Below, piece after piece: positions 1 to 13,075 of a DNA stretch of 64,000 nt (position 1 is its first letter; the number at the start of each line of letters is the position of its first letter). The stretch comes from Lytechinus pictus (Eukaryota). A program made the position numbers and the translations under genes. The stretch is from the NCBI RefSeq assembly GCF_037042905.1, contig NC_087251.1, positions 24,988,001 through 25,052,000 on the forward strand, read 5' to 3'. The notes under the pieces are model-generated. The model was not told where the DNA came from and ran no database searches. It saw nothing but the letters and a program-made list of their open reading frames with translations.

Positions 1-120
1 GATGATTATAAAAGTAATAATGTTATTATCAAAACTAATAATGATAACAAATGCCATGTTTTGCTAATCTTATGATTTTAATGAATTTTCTCTGTTTTAT
101 ATTCAAAGCGACAATCGAGT

Positions 121-400
121 AGTTCAATTCAATTCAAATTTATTTCCACATCTAATTAAATAGACAAGTACAAATTCATATGCAGATAGAAATATACTAC
201 AATAAAACATTAAAATGAAACATATTCAATTATCATAATGAGGTGGGAATTGACAAAGGCCGAAGGCCTATCAGGGTTATTCCTAAAGGTAATAAAATTT
301 ACATAAAGTCTTTCTTAAATACATACTTAATAACTTCTTTAAGATAAAAAAGAAATACACACTTACACATGGCGTTCAGAAATATGAATATAAATAGAAT
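121..400 (-). mobile_element. Probable LINE 3'-end fragment with (ATTGA)n tail
   Basis: The - strand reads GGAAATAAATTTGAATTGAATTGAACT at its 3' end and has a GGCC-TTC-GGCC hairpin at ~258-268. The far boundary is approximate. Confidence 0.4.
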
Positions 401-581
401 AACAATGACAGTAGTCGTAATATTAGCATGAAATGTCTATAATCATTTATTTTAAAGAGGATCGAACTATCGAATATATATATATATGTGTGTGTGAAGT
501 TATACATGTACAACAGCTTTGGCAACTCTTTTTATTTTAAATATTGTAAAGAAATGAATGAAGAGAACAATGGTAGGCGTA

Positions 582-583
<2 letters not shown>

Positions 584-624
<41 letters not shown>

Positions 625-641
625 CAAACTATATATATATA
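584..641. repeat. (TA)n microsatellite
   Basis: Direct inspection. Confidence 0.9.
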
Positions 642-810
642 TGAATTAGCCTATCTTATTCATACAGATAATTTTTTTAATGGAAAGTACTTATTTCGCT
701 ACTTGGTAGCATAATTAGTGTGGTTTGAATGTATCGAGTGGCGAGTTAGTATATGGACCTATACTACAATATACAATTGCTTATGCTGGCCAGAATGAGT
801 AGTTGAGGAC

Positions 811-1209
811 CGTTTATTTCCAATTCGTCTAATGCCAATTCGTCCAATTGCCAACTCGTCTACTATAATTTGGTCTACCATCAGTTTGTCCTCTCACGAA
901 ATGGTCTATTTTTCATTTAGTCTTATGCCATTCCATCTAATAACAAGTTGGTCCAATAGCCATTTAGTCCAGATACCATTTGGTCTAACTGGACTAAGTG
1001 TTAAATTGTGCAAAATGAATGAAAATGAAATGGATATTAGACCAATTGGTTGTGAGACGAATGGTCATAGACGAAATGGTGGACCAAAATGGTTAATGGA
1101 CCAAAATTTGTTAGACGAAATGTTGATGGACGGAATGGCATTAGACTAAATGAAAGTAGACCATGTGGTAAGTGGACAAGTTGGCAGTGGACGAATTGAC
1201 AATTTACCG
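811..1209. mobile_element. Foldback/MITE-like element with inverted arms made of ~15-bp subrepeats
   Basis: Left CCAATTCGTCTAATGCCAATTCGTCC is the imperfect reverse complement of right GGACAAGTTGGCAGTGGACGAATTGAC. Internal (T)TGGTCTA/TAGACCA subrepeats switch orientation mid-element. Confidence 0.75.
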
Positions 1210-1471
1210 TAATAATTACTATAAAAATGTCGATATTCATTTATTCTAAAGAGGATCGGACTAACCAACAATCTGTATGGTCTCTCATTGACTATGTGTA
1301 ATAAACAATTTTAAAATATACATTTTGATATATTACAGAGAATGAATTAGCCTATAATCTTATTCATACAGAGAAACTATTTTTTCGGAATGGAAACTAT
1401 TTGTTTTGCTACTTGTTAACATAATCAGTGTGGTTTGAATGTATCGAGTGGCGAATTAGTATAAACCTATA

Positions 1472-1803
1472 CACTGGCGGGTCCAGGTGGGCACAGCCGG
1501 CCCGTACCCCCCCCCCCTCGAGAAGCAAAATTAAAATTTGTAATGTAAAACGCCGTTGAAACAGAAGTGTGCCCCCCCCCCCCTTTGAAAGTGAAGACTT
1601 TTTTTGTGCTTGTTAAATTTGTTCTCGGACGAAATCTGCTAAATTTTTGGTACCCCCCCCCCCCCTTTTTGTTGGCTTGTCAAAATTTTTTCTGGGACAA
1701 AATATTCATGATTTTTGGTTGAAAACCTTTTTTTTTTTGCTTGTCAAAATTTTCCGCGGAAAACTTGCCCCCCCCCCTTTGGAAAATCCTGGATCCGCCC
1801 CCG
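1472..1803 (+). mobile_element. Non-autonomous hAT-like MITE (CACTGGCGG.TCC...GGATCCGCC)
   Basis: TIRs, 8-bp TSD AACCTATA/GACCTATA, an empty site in the paralogous copy at ~755-765, and a second family member at 50641-50908. Confidence 0.85.
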
Positions 1804-2524
1804 GACCTATATTACAATAATACAATACACAGGTCAGAATGTTGCATTATGCTGGCCAGATGTGAGTAGTTGGGGTCTTTAGGTGGCGCTATAAGGCTTC
1901 TAGTTTGTTGCCGCTATAAAGACCTTCTAGTTTGTTGCCGCTATAAAGACCTTCTTTCGAACAAACTACCTTATAGGGGCGGCGATATATCTGTCCAATT
2001 GAAGGGGATGGTCTTGCAACCTGAAAATAAGTTTCAATTATTCTACATGAAAGTATGCTAGCACCCGACCAAGAAAATTCATACTTTCAAGAAGAAAATT
2101 TAGTAGTTTGAACATAATTGCTTTAGAATTTAATAAACTAATCCAAATGAATAATTAATGTAATCCAAGATTTATTATCTTTATTCATTTTTCATCAACG
2201 CAGACATTAATACATTCTGATCAAAATTTCATAAATTTTATTTTCAGAATAATATCATCCATTCAAATTTTCGATCGAACATTACAGTCTTCTGTTTTTA
2301 CTCCTCAAAATAACAGGGAGTGTCCCCGATCACCGTCCCTAAAGGAAATTTGAAAAAAAAAATGAAACTAGCCTTGGAAATTTCCGATCCACCAAAAGTT
2401 GTTAAGAATTTATTTTTATTCAAGCATGTAAATTTTTTCTCAGAATCATCATGTATATATGGCCTATGCAGTATTCAAGCATATTTGTACAAACAAATTC
2501 GGTGGATGCTTTGTTGGACTTTGA

Positions 2525-3080
2525 TCAAGTTCAAGTTCAAGTTTATTTCAATTCTACAAAACATTATACATGCCACCAATGAAGTAACAATGAATTAACA
2601 ATAATTAAAATGTAGAACGGAGGTGATCTATTAAAAAGCACAACTTGTAAGACATAGATCACCTGTGAAACATATACAGTGCAAAGATACATAATAATAC
2701 ATACATATACATCATGTTTAAGCGAACAGAATTTGAGAGAAGAAAGTTTAGAGGGCAGAAGTTTAACAGAATTAAGAAAAACGGCAGAGCTAGGAGTAGG
2801 AGGTATATCGAAAAGATGAAAGTGGAGACAGAGAAAGAGAGCCTAGAGAAGAAAGAGTGAAGAGTGAGGAAGTAATGAAATAGCTTACAAAATGTACGAC
2901 GTGTACCTAAATATACAAAAACACACACGCATGAGCTACTAAAGGTAATACTAAAACACGAGAAATCAAAATATACATTAAAAACTACATAAAATATTAA
3001 GGGCAAGATAGAGAGACATAATTGACATAATTATACACAAAACACACATTCTTGAATTATTATTTACACTACTACACATA
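2525..3080 (-). mobile_element. LINE 3'-end fragment (3'UTR hairpin plus (AACTTG)n tail)
   Basis: On the - strand: T-rich UTR, 11-bp hairpin at 2621-2664 with the same loop as the + strand LINE, then GAAATAAA(CTTGAA)n. The 5' boundary is approximate. Confidence 0.65.
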
Positions 3081-3710
3081 ATTATAGGAAACGATTTTTT
3101 TCCACCTGATGATCCCCACCCCCCCCCCCCTCAGATTGGATATGGTCTCACGCAAGACATACTCCGATATCTATTTTTTTTTCAATTATCAATCTAACTA
3201 ACGAAGTATCATTTTCGATGCATGCATGGATGTACTATAATTCCCTGATCCAAGAAAGAAAACACTGAAAGCAATGGTGTCCGAGGTTTCTTTTTTTCCT
3301 TTTGTTACACATCTCTCTCTCCCTCCCTCTCTCTCTGCCTACGATTGATTCAATGTCAAAAACATAATCATCGTGTACTCTTCGTTTGTTTACACGATAA
3401 TTGTCGTTTTGGAAGTTATTTTCCATTCAGGATCTAATAATTCTCATGGTTTCCTTTAAAAAGAAAAATGATTTATTACCATTAAAAATTGATTTTCAGT
3501 TTCAGTTTTTTGAGAACATTCAAATAGGCCAATATAGTGGAATAATCAGGAGGAAGGGTAAGAGCGCATGACATATAAAATTATAATATCTTGATAATGT
3601 GAAGTGGAAGATTAAGTTATCACAATTTGAAATTTTGTTTCCCTTAACATTAAGGGGCTATTCTTTTAGTATTACACCATAATAAGAAAATATAGGCCTA
3701 TACATACTGT

Positions 3711-5147
3711 ATTGCGGATCCCCTAACTCATATATTCAATCTGTCACTTCTTAACGGCATTGTCCCCGAGAGCATAAAAATTGCAAAAGTCATTCCTTTG
3801 TTAAAAAAGGGTGATAAATTAGATGTTAATAATTACCGCCCAAATTCTTTGTTATCTACATTGTCGAAAATACTTGAAAATATTATTTATAAAAGAACTG
3901 TAAATTTTTTCAAATCAAATAATATTTTTTCAAATTCGCAATTTGGATTTAGGGAAAAACATAGCACCACACATGCATTATTGAGTTTCATTGAAAAAGC
4001 GGCACATTCAATCGATAAATCTTCTCATTTAATTGGTTTGTTCCTGGACTTCTCCAAGGCCTTCGACACCATTAATCATGATATTTTACTTAATAAATTA
4101 CATCATTATGGAGTGCGTGGGAAGGCCTTGGAGTGGTTCAGGAGCTACCTCATGAATAGGAAGCAATATGTCTTTTTAAACGGTTGCAATTCTCAAATGA
4201 AAAAAATTAATTGTGGAGTTCCCCAGGGTAGTCTTTTAGGCCCGATTTTGTTTATAGTTTATATTAATGATTTTTGTAGATCATCAGATGTTCTTTCTTT
4301 CATTCTCTTTGCGGACGACTCCAACTTATTTTTTTCACATAAAAATCCTCTTCACCTTGCTAATATAATCAACTCTGAACTAGAAAATGTCACCGAATGG
4401 ATAAGAGCAAATAAATTGTCACTAAATCTTCAAAAAACAAAATATATGTTGTTTAGCAACTCTATAAATACACTTCCTGTTGATATTATTTTTGATGGAA
4501 CTCCCTTGGAAAATGTATCCCATATTAAGTTTCTTGGAATAATAGTCGATAATAAGCTCTCATGGAAATTTCACATAGATAACATATGTAAAACTATTTC
4601 ACGCAACATTGGTATAATTAACAAGCTTAAATTTTGTTTACCATTATCGTCTCTGCTGACATTATATTCATCCCTTATATTGCCATATTTAAATTATGGA
4701 ATTTTAGCGTGGGGTAATACACAACAAACACTCTTAGACAAATTACTCCTATTACAAAAGAAATCTCTACGTATTATATTATGTCACACGGCATATTTGT
4801 CTCATACTGACCCATTATTTTTTTAAAATAAAATATTGAAAATTAAAGACTTATATTTGTTTAATCTCGGTCAGTTTATGTATAACTATAACAACAACAA
4901 CCTCCCAAACGTATTTAATTCAATGTTTCCAAAAAATCAATCCATTCACAACTATCCAACAAGGCGATTGGGTGAATTTCATTTACCACTTTTAAGAACT
5001 TTGCGGGCTCAGAACACATTTATATATGATGGACCGAAGTTATGGAACTCACTTCATAATGATATAACAAATGCAACATCTTTGAACTCTTTTAAGACTA
5101 AATTCAAATTATCTCTATTAAAACCTTATAATATACTCCCAAATTAA
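3711..5147 (+). pseudogene. LINE ORF2 reverse transcriptase fragment with one premature stop
   Basis: The frame opens at IADPLTHIFNLSL (3711). ORFs 3798..4826 and 4836..5147 are in the same frame, separated by a single TAA at 4824-26. No endonuclease domain is present. Confidence 0.9.
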
Positions 5148-6008
5148 GTTTAATTCATCATCTCTGTCAAATCATCATTATTACTTTAAAGACTACAATT
5201 AAAACATAAAATAATTATTATCCTTTTTTATTAAAAAAAAATCTGACACAAGTCCTTCTCCGATGTGCTCATTATTGAACCTCATACATTATTGTGTCTA
5301 TCCTCTCCTCTATTTTCTCCTCTCCTGTCCGCTTATCCGCTTTCCTACCGGTTATTTGTTTACGGCATCAATCACATTTTTCGTGCATTATATTCTTTCC
5401 AGGTTATTTTATATACTTTTTCTCCTTTTATACACATCATTGAATCCAGTTTGCTTGAGTCCACGACGGCATGTGTTCTATCTACATACAGCAACACCCA
5501 TCCATCTTCTCAGGGCATTCTCCCTTTTTTTCTTTTTTTTCTGGGGGGGGGGGGGGTGGGGGTGGGGAAGGGTGGATATTTTTAGGACGGGTTGTTTTGT
5601 CCTTTATCTAACTGTATATTTTTGATAACTTTGTATTTATTTTGTGAGTGTTTCCCTCTCAGTTATTTATTTTTTTCTCATTTGATTATCTGTATTTATA
5701 CTTTGCTATTTTGTTATTTGTTGTGTTATCTATTTTTTGAGGGGCCCACATTGTACAAGTATTGCTTTTTAGTGGGTCCCTCCATTTCCATCTTAATTTA
5801 ATTTCTATTGAAAAATAGTATACTTATTTAAAACCTACAATGTGTTGCCCAAATTGTCTAAGTGTTTTTTTTTTCACAACATATGTATCATTATTTTCTT
5901 TTTTTGCAACGTATACAAATATTTATGTTTATATATGGTATACAATTCATGTATGTACAATTGATGGAAGTGAAATAAATAAATTTGAATTTGAATTTGA
6001 ATTTGAAG
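3711..6008 (+). mobile_element. 5'-truncated non-LTR retrotransposon (CR1/L2-group LINE): RT C-half, 3'UTR and (AATTTG)n tail
   Basis: RT motifs QFGFR, FLDFSKAFDTINH, GVPQGSLLGP, FADD. 3'UTR hairpin at 5739-5782. AATAAA followed by an (AATTTG)4 tail at ~5975-6008. Confidence 0.93.
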
Positions 6009-6064
6009 GTTGCTTCATGTATTTTGATATATATTGGATTCGTGTTTTTTTATCAAAGCCATTA

Positions 6065-6380
6065 TGAAACAGCAGCAATAATTATGTTGGTAATGATTAC
6101 TACAATAATAATATTAATATAATAACGATATGAATAATAATAATGATAATAATAATAATGATAATAATAATTACAATAATAATAATACTGACAATAATAA
6201 TAATAATAAATAATGATAGTAATAATAATTATAATGATATTAATACTAATAATGATAATAACAATAATGATGATGATAATAATATTAATAAAGATTATAA
6301 TGAAAACAATATAAAACAGAAGTAATGATAGTAATGGTTTAAACAACAGTGACAGCACAATAACGATAATAACAATCATG
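6065..6380. repeat. Degenerate (AAT)n microsatellite
   Basis: AAT/GAT/AAC triplet run. It explains the poly-I/N/Y ORFs in the track. Confidence 0.9.
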
Positions 6381-6684
6381 AGAATACTAAATTAATTAAG
6401 ATACAATTTCCGGTGCAAATTTTGTGCAAACGATTACCTGATCCTTAATCTTACTCAATCATTTTGAATATACTACACGGTATGAATCACCCATTTTATA
6501 TTTTGTAAGTAAATTGATAGTTTTGCTTCACTTTTTTCTCGATGCAATTGCGCTAAATCTTTAAAGGAGAATGTATGCATATTAGCATGATTATAGTGAA
6601 TTGGGATAAAAGCGAAAGAATTCGGCCTTTGCTCTGTCAATGCTCGAATCGCCCGGGTCCACTGATTACACACAATAGAACGTA

Positions 6685-6815
6685 GAAAGATGACGTCAGT
6701 AGACGGCAAAGAATGGTGTTACCTGATTGGCTTGTAATGATGTCATAGACAACTGATTTATGAATGAATGGAGTGATGCCCTGGATCAATAGTAATAGTA
6801 AGAGTCACGTGGTAA
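6685..6815. promoter_or_regulatory. Upstream element cluster: CRE TGACGTCA (6691), inverted CCAAT (ATTGG), TGATGTCA, GTCACGTG
   Basis: Motifs read directly, about 1.4 kb upstream of the putative bZIP gene promoter. Confidence 0.45.
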
Positions 6816-8029
6816 TCGCGATTTACAAGCTCATGCATTAGATATTTTCCCAAAGATATATGTGTTCTAAATTATGTTTGTGATGATGCATTTGAAAATG
6901 AATTGATGCGATGATTTTAATCGAATTTCATGTACCTTACACCAGTGACTTGTTAATTTAGCTGGTTTCACCATGGAGATATCCACTCCACCATGGATTC
7001 ACATTAGACTTTGCCAATATCCAAACATGGATCCCTGCATTGATTAACCATAACAGACTATCATCACGGTTATGAATCGTATACATAAAACATTAACCAA
7101 GAAACAACGGTGTCTATATCCCAAATCGTGAATGATGAAACCAAAATCAAACAATTCTAATTCGTTATTTTTAAATTTACCATTGTGCGTTACACCACAT
7201 CACTGAACATTCCAATCTTACATTTGTGGAGAGAATATATTCATCTGATGATTCTTTTAAGGAAATAAAACGAAACTTACATTTAGGGATACTTCATACC
7301 CTTAGCTCTCTTGGTTTTCTATATTTATTGTTATTCTTTATATAAGCAATTTTTACATACTTTGAGTGATGGTTATCATAATTTTAATGGACAGAATATA
7401 GAATGGTTCCCATATCTTGCCGGAGGGGGGGGGGGCTGATGGAAAGAACGTGTCACATGTTTAGCCGAATGTCATTGTGTTTACATGAATAGAGTGAATA
7501 TGTGATTCATACTAATAAAATGCTCGAGTGTGAAGATCTTTATGTTCCACACTGTGAAGATAATGTGGGGACACTGCCATGTTGTTTACAACAAGAGGAG
7601 GATGAACAGTGCGAAACAACATAAAGGCTACCGGAATACTTTATATCATGCAAGTTCGAAGGATTTATGCAGAAAGATTCGTTCATTGATTCCTCCTGGC
7701 TGGAAGAATGAATGTTTCAGATAGCTAGTGGCTAATATAGAACCCTCACTCACCCCTTCCTATAGCAATGTTTACACAAGTACACAAATATATATTTTCT
7801 GCGAATGAATGAACATCCATAAAATGAATTACAGATACATTCATTTGGAAATGTTTTCTATAGTTTGTCAAGTATGACACTTTGATTGTAATAAAGTATT
7901 ACCTAGCAGACGATAAAACGAGATATGTGGCCTGCTGCCAATGGCTATGTTAGAATCCAATCCCTAGCGCCGGGTAATCATGTTCCGGCCGCGCACGTAC
8001 ACACACACATACGTCGAGAAAGCATTTAC

Positions 8030-8150
8030 GATAACACGCCCAATAAATGGAAAATGACATCATGGTAAAATGACATCATCCACCAAGATTGGGCAACGGT
8101 TGGAGTCTGACTAGCGCCCTCGCATGGTTGGGAACAGATGGTTTATATGG
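8030..8150 (+). promoter_or_regulatory. Putative proximal promoter of the ATF3-like gene
   Basis: CCAAT (8040), duplicated AAAATGACATCAT (8051, 8067), ATTGG (8088) and TTTATAT (8142) in a CpG-retaining patch upstream of the 8876 donor. Confidence 0.55.
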
Positions 8151-8870
8151 ACGACTCGCTTGGCAACTTGGAGGACTGACAGACCGAGAGCAAACAAGCT
8201 CGACTGAACCGAGACGAGGGGAGCAGCTTTCAGTGAAATAGATTGTCTCACGTGTTTAAAGCTCAAACAATGACCTTAGCTGGGGAAGCCTACTCAGAGA
8301 GCTGAAAAAAATATAACAAATTTCATTACTATAAGCTATACAGTTGGAAGAAAGGACAGAACGGTCTGCCGCGTTTAGTTTAGTCACATAAAACCCCGTG
8401 CATTTCGACACCTAGCAGACGATAAATTGTTGAATCTTTCAACTATACGTTCTGTTTGTAAATCATCATGGACATTTCAACGAATGTATGATGCTACCGG
8501 CTACATTCAATTGTAGTTGGTTATGTAGGTCTTGCACCATTAGCTGATTTCATTAATTTTAGCAGAATTGGATTTGAATATTGAGCCCGGATGGCAGCTT
8601 GCCCACCCATCAGGTTTTATGTACACGACTAGCCGGAGCTTGGGGTACGATAATGAGCAACCGTGGGCCCTGGTTTTGCGGCTAGACAGTGAAGTGGTTA
8701 TTAAATTGACACCCCCGTAACACAACAGCATCGAGGGAGAGATTGTCACATTGCTCTTCCTATTCGAACAGTAAATGAACACTTAAATTTAAGAGTGTTT
8801 CGTATTTACACATTGGGAAGCTATTATCAATCAGGATTATTATAACCACGCTTCATCAACGCAACATTTT

Positions 8871-8875
8871 ATGAG
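8871..8875 (+). CDS. ATF3: ATF3-like bZIP gene, putative coding exon 1 (ATG AG, end of a long 5' exon)
   Basis: ATGAG|GTGAGA donor (phase 2) downstream of a CRE/CCAAT/TATA-like cluster. It joins in frame to the phase-2 acceptor at 21838 to give MSFEPWTVITQQESMG. Inferred from splice signals only. Confidence 0.5.
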
Positions 8876-11800
8876 GTGAGATAGGTAAAAGAAAATTAAG
8901 ATACCTTGAAGTAACTGCGAGCTATATCAAAATGTTATTACCTGCTTGTGTCAATATAGACCCAGTTCTATATAAACATGGTAGTATTCATATATTCTGA
9001 TATGTTCAGATGCATGTTTCGTCATTATATTCCCATATTGATTCATAGAAAAAATACTAACCCTAAGAGAATGGTAATGTATGAGCATGTTCATTGTTTC
9101 AAATTATTGTGGTATTGATAATTCATTGAATTTAGTAATTTATGAAATTAATTAATACCATTATCGGCCTACACATTCTGATTTTGTAATGGGTACATTT
9201 TTATTTCGAGAACGTTACTCCTTTGAAATATGCTTCCGAATTGATTTAAATAAGACATTAACCTTTTTACGATTTGCAAATATCATGACTTCTTTAATTT
9301 ACTTTTTAGAGTCAATTTGATATATATTCTTTTAAACAGAATTATTATTAGTAGTAAACCACTCAAGGCCTGTTCATTTTTTAAAGGAATCACTAGATAC
9401 AAAGTCGAAATTCTAATATGGCATATAAAATGGAAGGCCGCTCTGCACCAGCATATTATGAATACCATATAATAATTTCTTGCAATTTTATCTGCACAAC
9501 GAAAGCCCGCCATTTTGAGCTTTACGAGACGAAATTTGGCTAACTTAGAAACTGTGGCCTCTATATCCATCTCAATGGTCAAAACCAATCATTATTATAA
9601 TTCAACTACTACTCCAATATCTATTCTGTCTAAGATATGGTATTTCCCATGTTTTCAGTCGTAAATCTTCCTTGATTGTACCCCTATATGAAAACGATTC
9701 ATGCTGTGCATGTGGGAATACATCGCCCCTTCACCTACATTGATCCCCCATCAAGCATGTACGTCGTGTCAACACAAAGCCCCTCGAGTTCTGGCTCAAA
9801 TACAAAGACCGTACCGTTCGATGGTTTCATAGGGGCACACAATAATATATTTGATTATTTAGTGTGTTATTTCACCCTGTGTGATAATATCATTTTTTCC
9901 ATTGATATAACACCTTGTAAAGATGGATACTATGATTATGATTATTGTCACCCATCGAAAATTGTAATCTTGTTCAGTAAATTACGAAGTTAAAATGTGA
10001 ACTAACTTGTGTTAATAGCTCCATGCTTGAAGAGTGCCTAATGGACGTTCATTGCTTTATTCATAATATTTAGCTGCAAGATGCACGAACCCGTATTATT
10101 ACCATCATCATTATAGAGAATCAGTGAAAATAATAACAACTTTTCAATCGCAAAGAATACGGTATATAGCTAGAGATACGGTAATCTATTCTTCTCATTA
10201 TCATAATCTATACATTCCTAATCCAGTACCATAACGAATGTAAATTATGTCTCATTTAATTGTCTGAATAATATTGTATTCATATTGATCATGTTGAGTC
10301 AAAATGATGAAGACGTTTTCCTATTGCTTTATCTTGATTAGATATTTCTTGCTCTAGCACTGATTATGATCTATCTACAACATGCACGCCAACATCATTT
10401 TTAAACCATGCTTGCCCGACGTATAAAAATCTAGTTTCCAAAGCAATTGGACTATTGTTTGAGATCTTATCCATTGTGCTTTGGTCTTTATAGAAACTCA
10501 TTTCAGTTCCATAAGATTATAATGTTTGATTGTATAGATTAAACATTCAGTTATTTAAGTGGGGAATAAAAAGGAGAAATTAATCGTATGATCTGATGTT
10601 AGAATGTTATTATTAAAACTGTCATTATTGTAATTTCTACCGTTTTTTATTGCTCTTTATCTTAATACAATTCCAAAGTATTTATTGATGATAATACTAG
10701 ATCAATACATTTATAACTTTATAATTTATACAGCTGTTATAAACCAACATGATTATGTATATATTATACATTTTACAATTGTCTTGGTGGAGGGACAATG
10801 GTTCATTCGAGATTTTAAGCTATACAAGCCTTGTAAACTGATTAAAAATCAATCTCCAACTTGACTATAATCAATTTTGCATTTGGAGCAACAGAATAGC
10901 CGTCTCTCTTTTGATTCACTTTATTTCATATTATTTCACCCTCATCGCGTCATACATTTCTCACGATTTTAAAATCAAACCAGAAATGTTTGTCGTAATG
11001 GAAACCTTTTATACCATATTCAGATAAGAATTTTATTTGAGATTCGTCCAACCAAAATCCTGTAGACAACATCCAGGAATAGTGTCCATAATAATCACTG
11101 AACTAATTATTTTAGATAAAAAAAAACGGTATCATTTTTATATATATTTAAGTCGTGAAAAAAATAATGCTTTCCAAGAAAAAAATGAAACAATTGCATG
11201 AAATGATGGTAACAATAATTTTCAAAAGGCAAAGTTCATGACATATATATTTGTGAACCAAAATCATATGTTTAGAAATATCTAAAATTTGATTTTGTTT
11301 TTCTTCCTTCCCAAAAAATCAGTGAAGGTATTGAGCCTTAAGAGTAAATGAATTTGTTTTGACTTTCTGCCTGTAACATTTTGATCCATTTCATTGGCAT
11401 TATCGTTGTTTAGCAAAATACTATATTCATCATTAATTCCTTTTCTGCTGAATTCATCAATCTTCATTTTCAAAAATTACAATCAGAAAATTGTGCATGA
11501 AACTCTTCACTAATCAAAATCAACTTCTTATCGTATTGCTGCATCCTGACAAGATTTTCATGAAAAAAAGACATGTTTACTTGTCTGGTATATGTAGGCC
11601 TATATTATTACTATTATTGCATGATGTTGTTGTATCGCCTGCTGTATATCCTAGATATGATTATGATGTAAACATTAAAATATCGTTTTGTAACAAAATA
11701 ATTTTAGATATTTATACTTATATTCAAAGAAAATATAAAACACTATATACTCATCTAGGAATTAAATAACTTCATGATTCACCTTGACAAGGAAACTGGT

Positions 11801-12834
11801 GTTTAACTTCGTCTGTTGTTGGGTAGTTTATCATCAAAATTTGTGTAAATTTTACGTAGTGTTTATGCTGTTGTTTGAAATTTTTTCATGAAACCCTTTC
11901 CATTTCAAAAAGTGACAATGAGCTCAATCTTTTCGAGAGAAATTTTAAAATAGTTTATAATAAAAAATTTCCATGTAAGCCTATATCTGTTGCAGTTTTT
12001 GGTATTAGGTGAGTTCGACTAACTAGATGGCTACAAAATAATCAACATACCGAGACATTTTGGTCATAATCTTCTTGATGTCTTTTAATTAGCTAATGTT
12101 TTCTGATTTTCAAAACAGGTCTCATAAAAAGCGATACAATCGATCGTAATTCTCTTGTACATTGTCTTGATTGTTTTCGGGTCCAAATCCCAGGAGTACG
12201 AATATTGCTCTAATCCAACGAGATTTAATTTTTGCGAAGCTATCATCGAAAAATAAAAGAATAACATTTATGGTATTATCACGATAATCCTTATCATTTC
12301 CAGTAAAATTAATTTTTATAGAAATTCATGTTCTAGTCTAATATTTGAATAGAATGTTGGTTATTTTAAGTACAATCGTGTTCAACATCTTGACCCTAAC
12401 CGTATTAGTCAATCAGTCATTTTTGATAAATTTTTATGAACAAAAATACGTTATTGTCCCTGACTTGTTTTAGACAGCATGTCTTACTGCGTTCACTGGT
12501 GAATTCTATACCATCAGCAAAATTTACGAATAATGTATTTGAATTGAATTTGAAAAGTATGAAGACATTACAAATGTGAGGTGAATAGGCTCTGAGATTC
12601 AAATTACGAGCAATTTTCTAGTATAATTATGTTATTCAGGGTCAAAAACTGGGTAATCACTTTAAAACAATTTTTATTTGTATTAACAATGAAAATTCAA
12701 GGTGATTTTGTCATTTACCATTAATCAATTCATCATTTAACATAATTATTTTGCTTGATTTCTTGAGGTTGCCTGCAATTTTGATTTTTTTTGACGATTG
12801 ATGGTCAATTATGTCACCATCTTTGCTCCGTTTT

Positions 12835-13075
12835 GTCTTTCTTTACTTTCTATTTTCCTTCTCCTTTAATTCTTCGTTTTCGCCTTTTTCTTCTTTTTTT
12901 TAAATATTTTTTTCCCTTCTTGTTCTTTTTCGTTTTCTTCTTATCATTAATATTCTTTCTCTTCTTTTTTCTTCTCCTTTTTTACTTCTTCTTTTCTTCT
13001 TCTTCATCTTCTTCTTCTTCTTCTCTCTTTTCTTCGTAATTCAATTATTCCTTTTTTCCCTTTCTTCTTCACTTC
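12835..13075. repeat. Pyrimidine-rich (TTC)n-like low-complexity tract
   Basis: Direct inspection. Confidence 0.85.

Noticed and set aside
832..1149. 105-aa ORF
   Set aside because: Lies wholly within a foldback MITE built of short subrepeats.
1893..1955. 27-bp direct repeat giving LLVCCRYKD twice in ORF 1870..2061
   Set aside because: A simple two-copy slippage duplication; the ORF has a non-ATG start and no coding evidence.
6062..6379. ORFs rich in I/N/Y (and F/L/S-rich ORFs at 12791, 40042 and 45710)
   Set aside because: Translations of microsatellite or low-complexity tracts.
8040..8050. CArG/SRE box in the promoter
   Set aside because: CC-AATAAAT-GG has seven A/T bases rather than six; better read as a CCAAT box.
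9676..9993. 105-aa ORF in intron 1 as an extra bZIP exon
   Set aside because: No convincing acceptor/donor pair in a phase compatible with neighbouring exons, and no recognisable homology.
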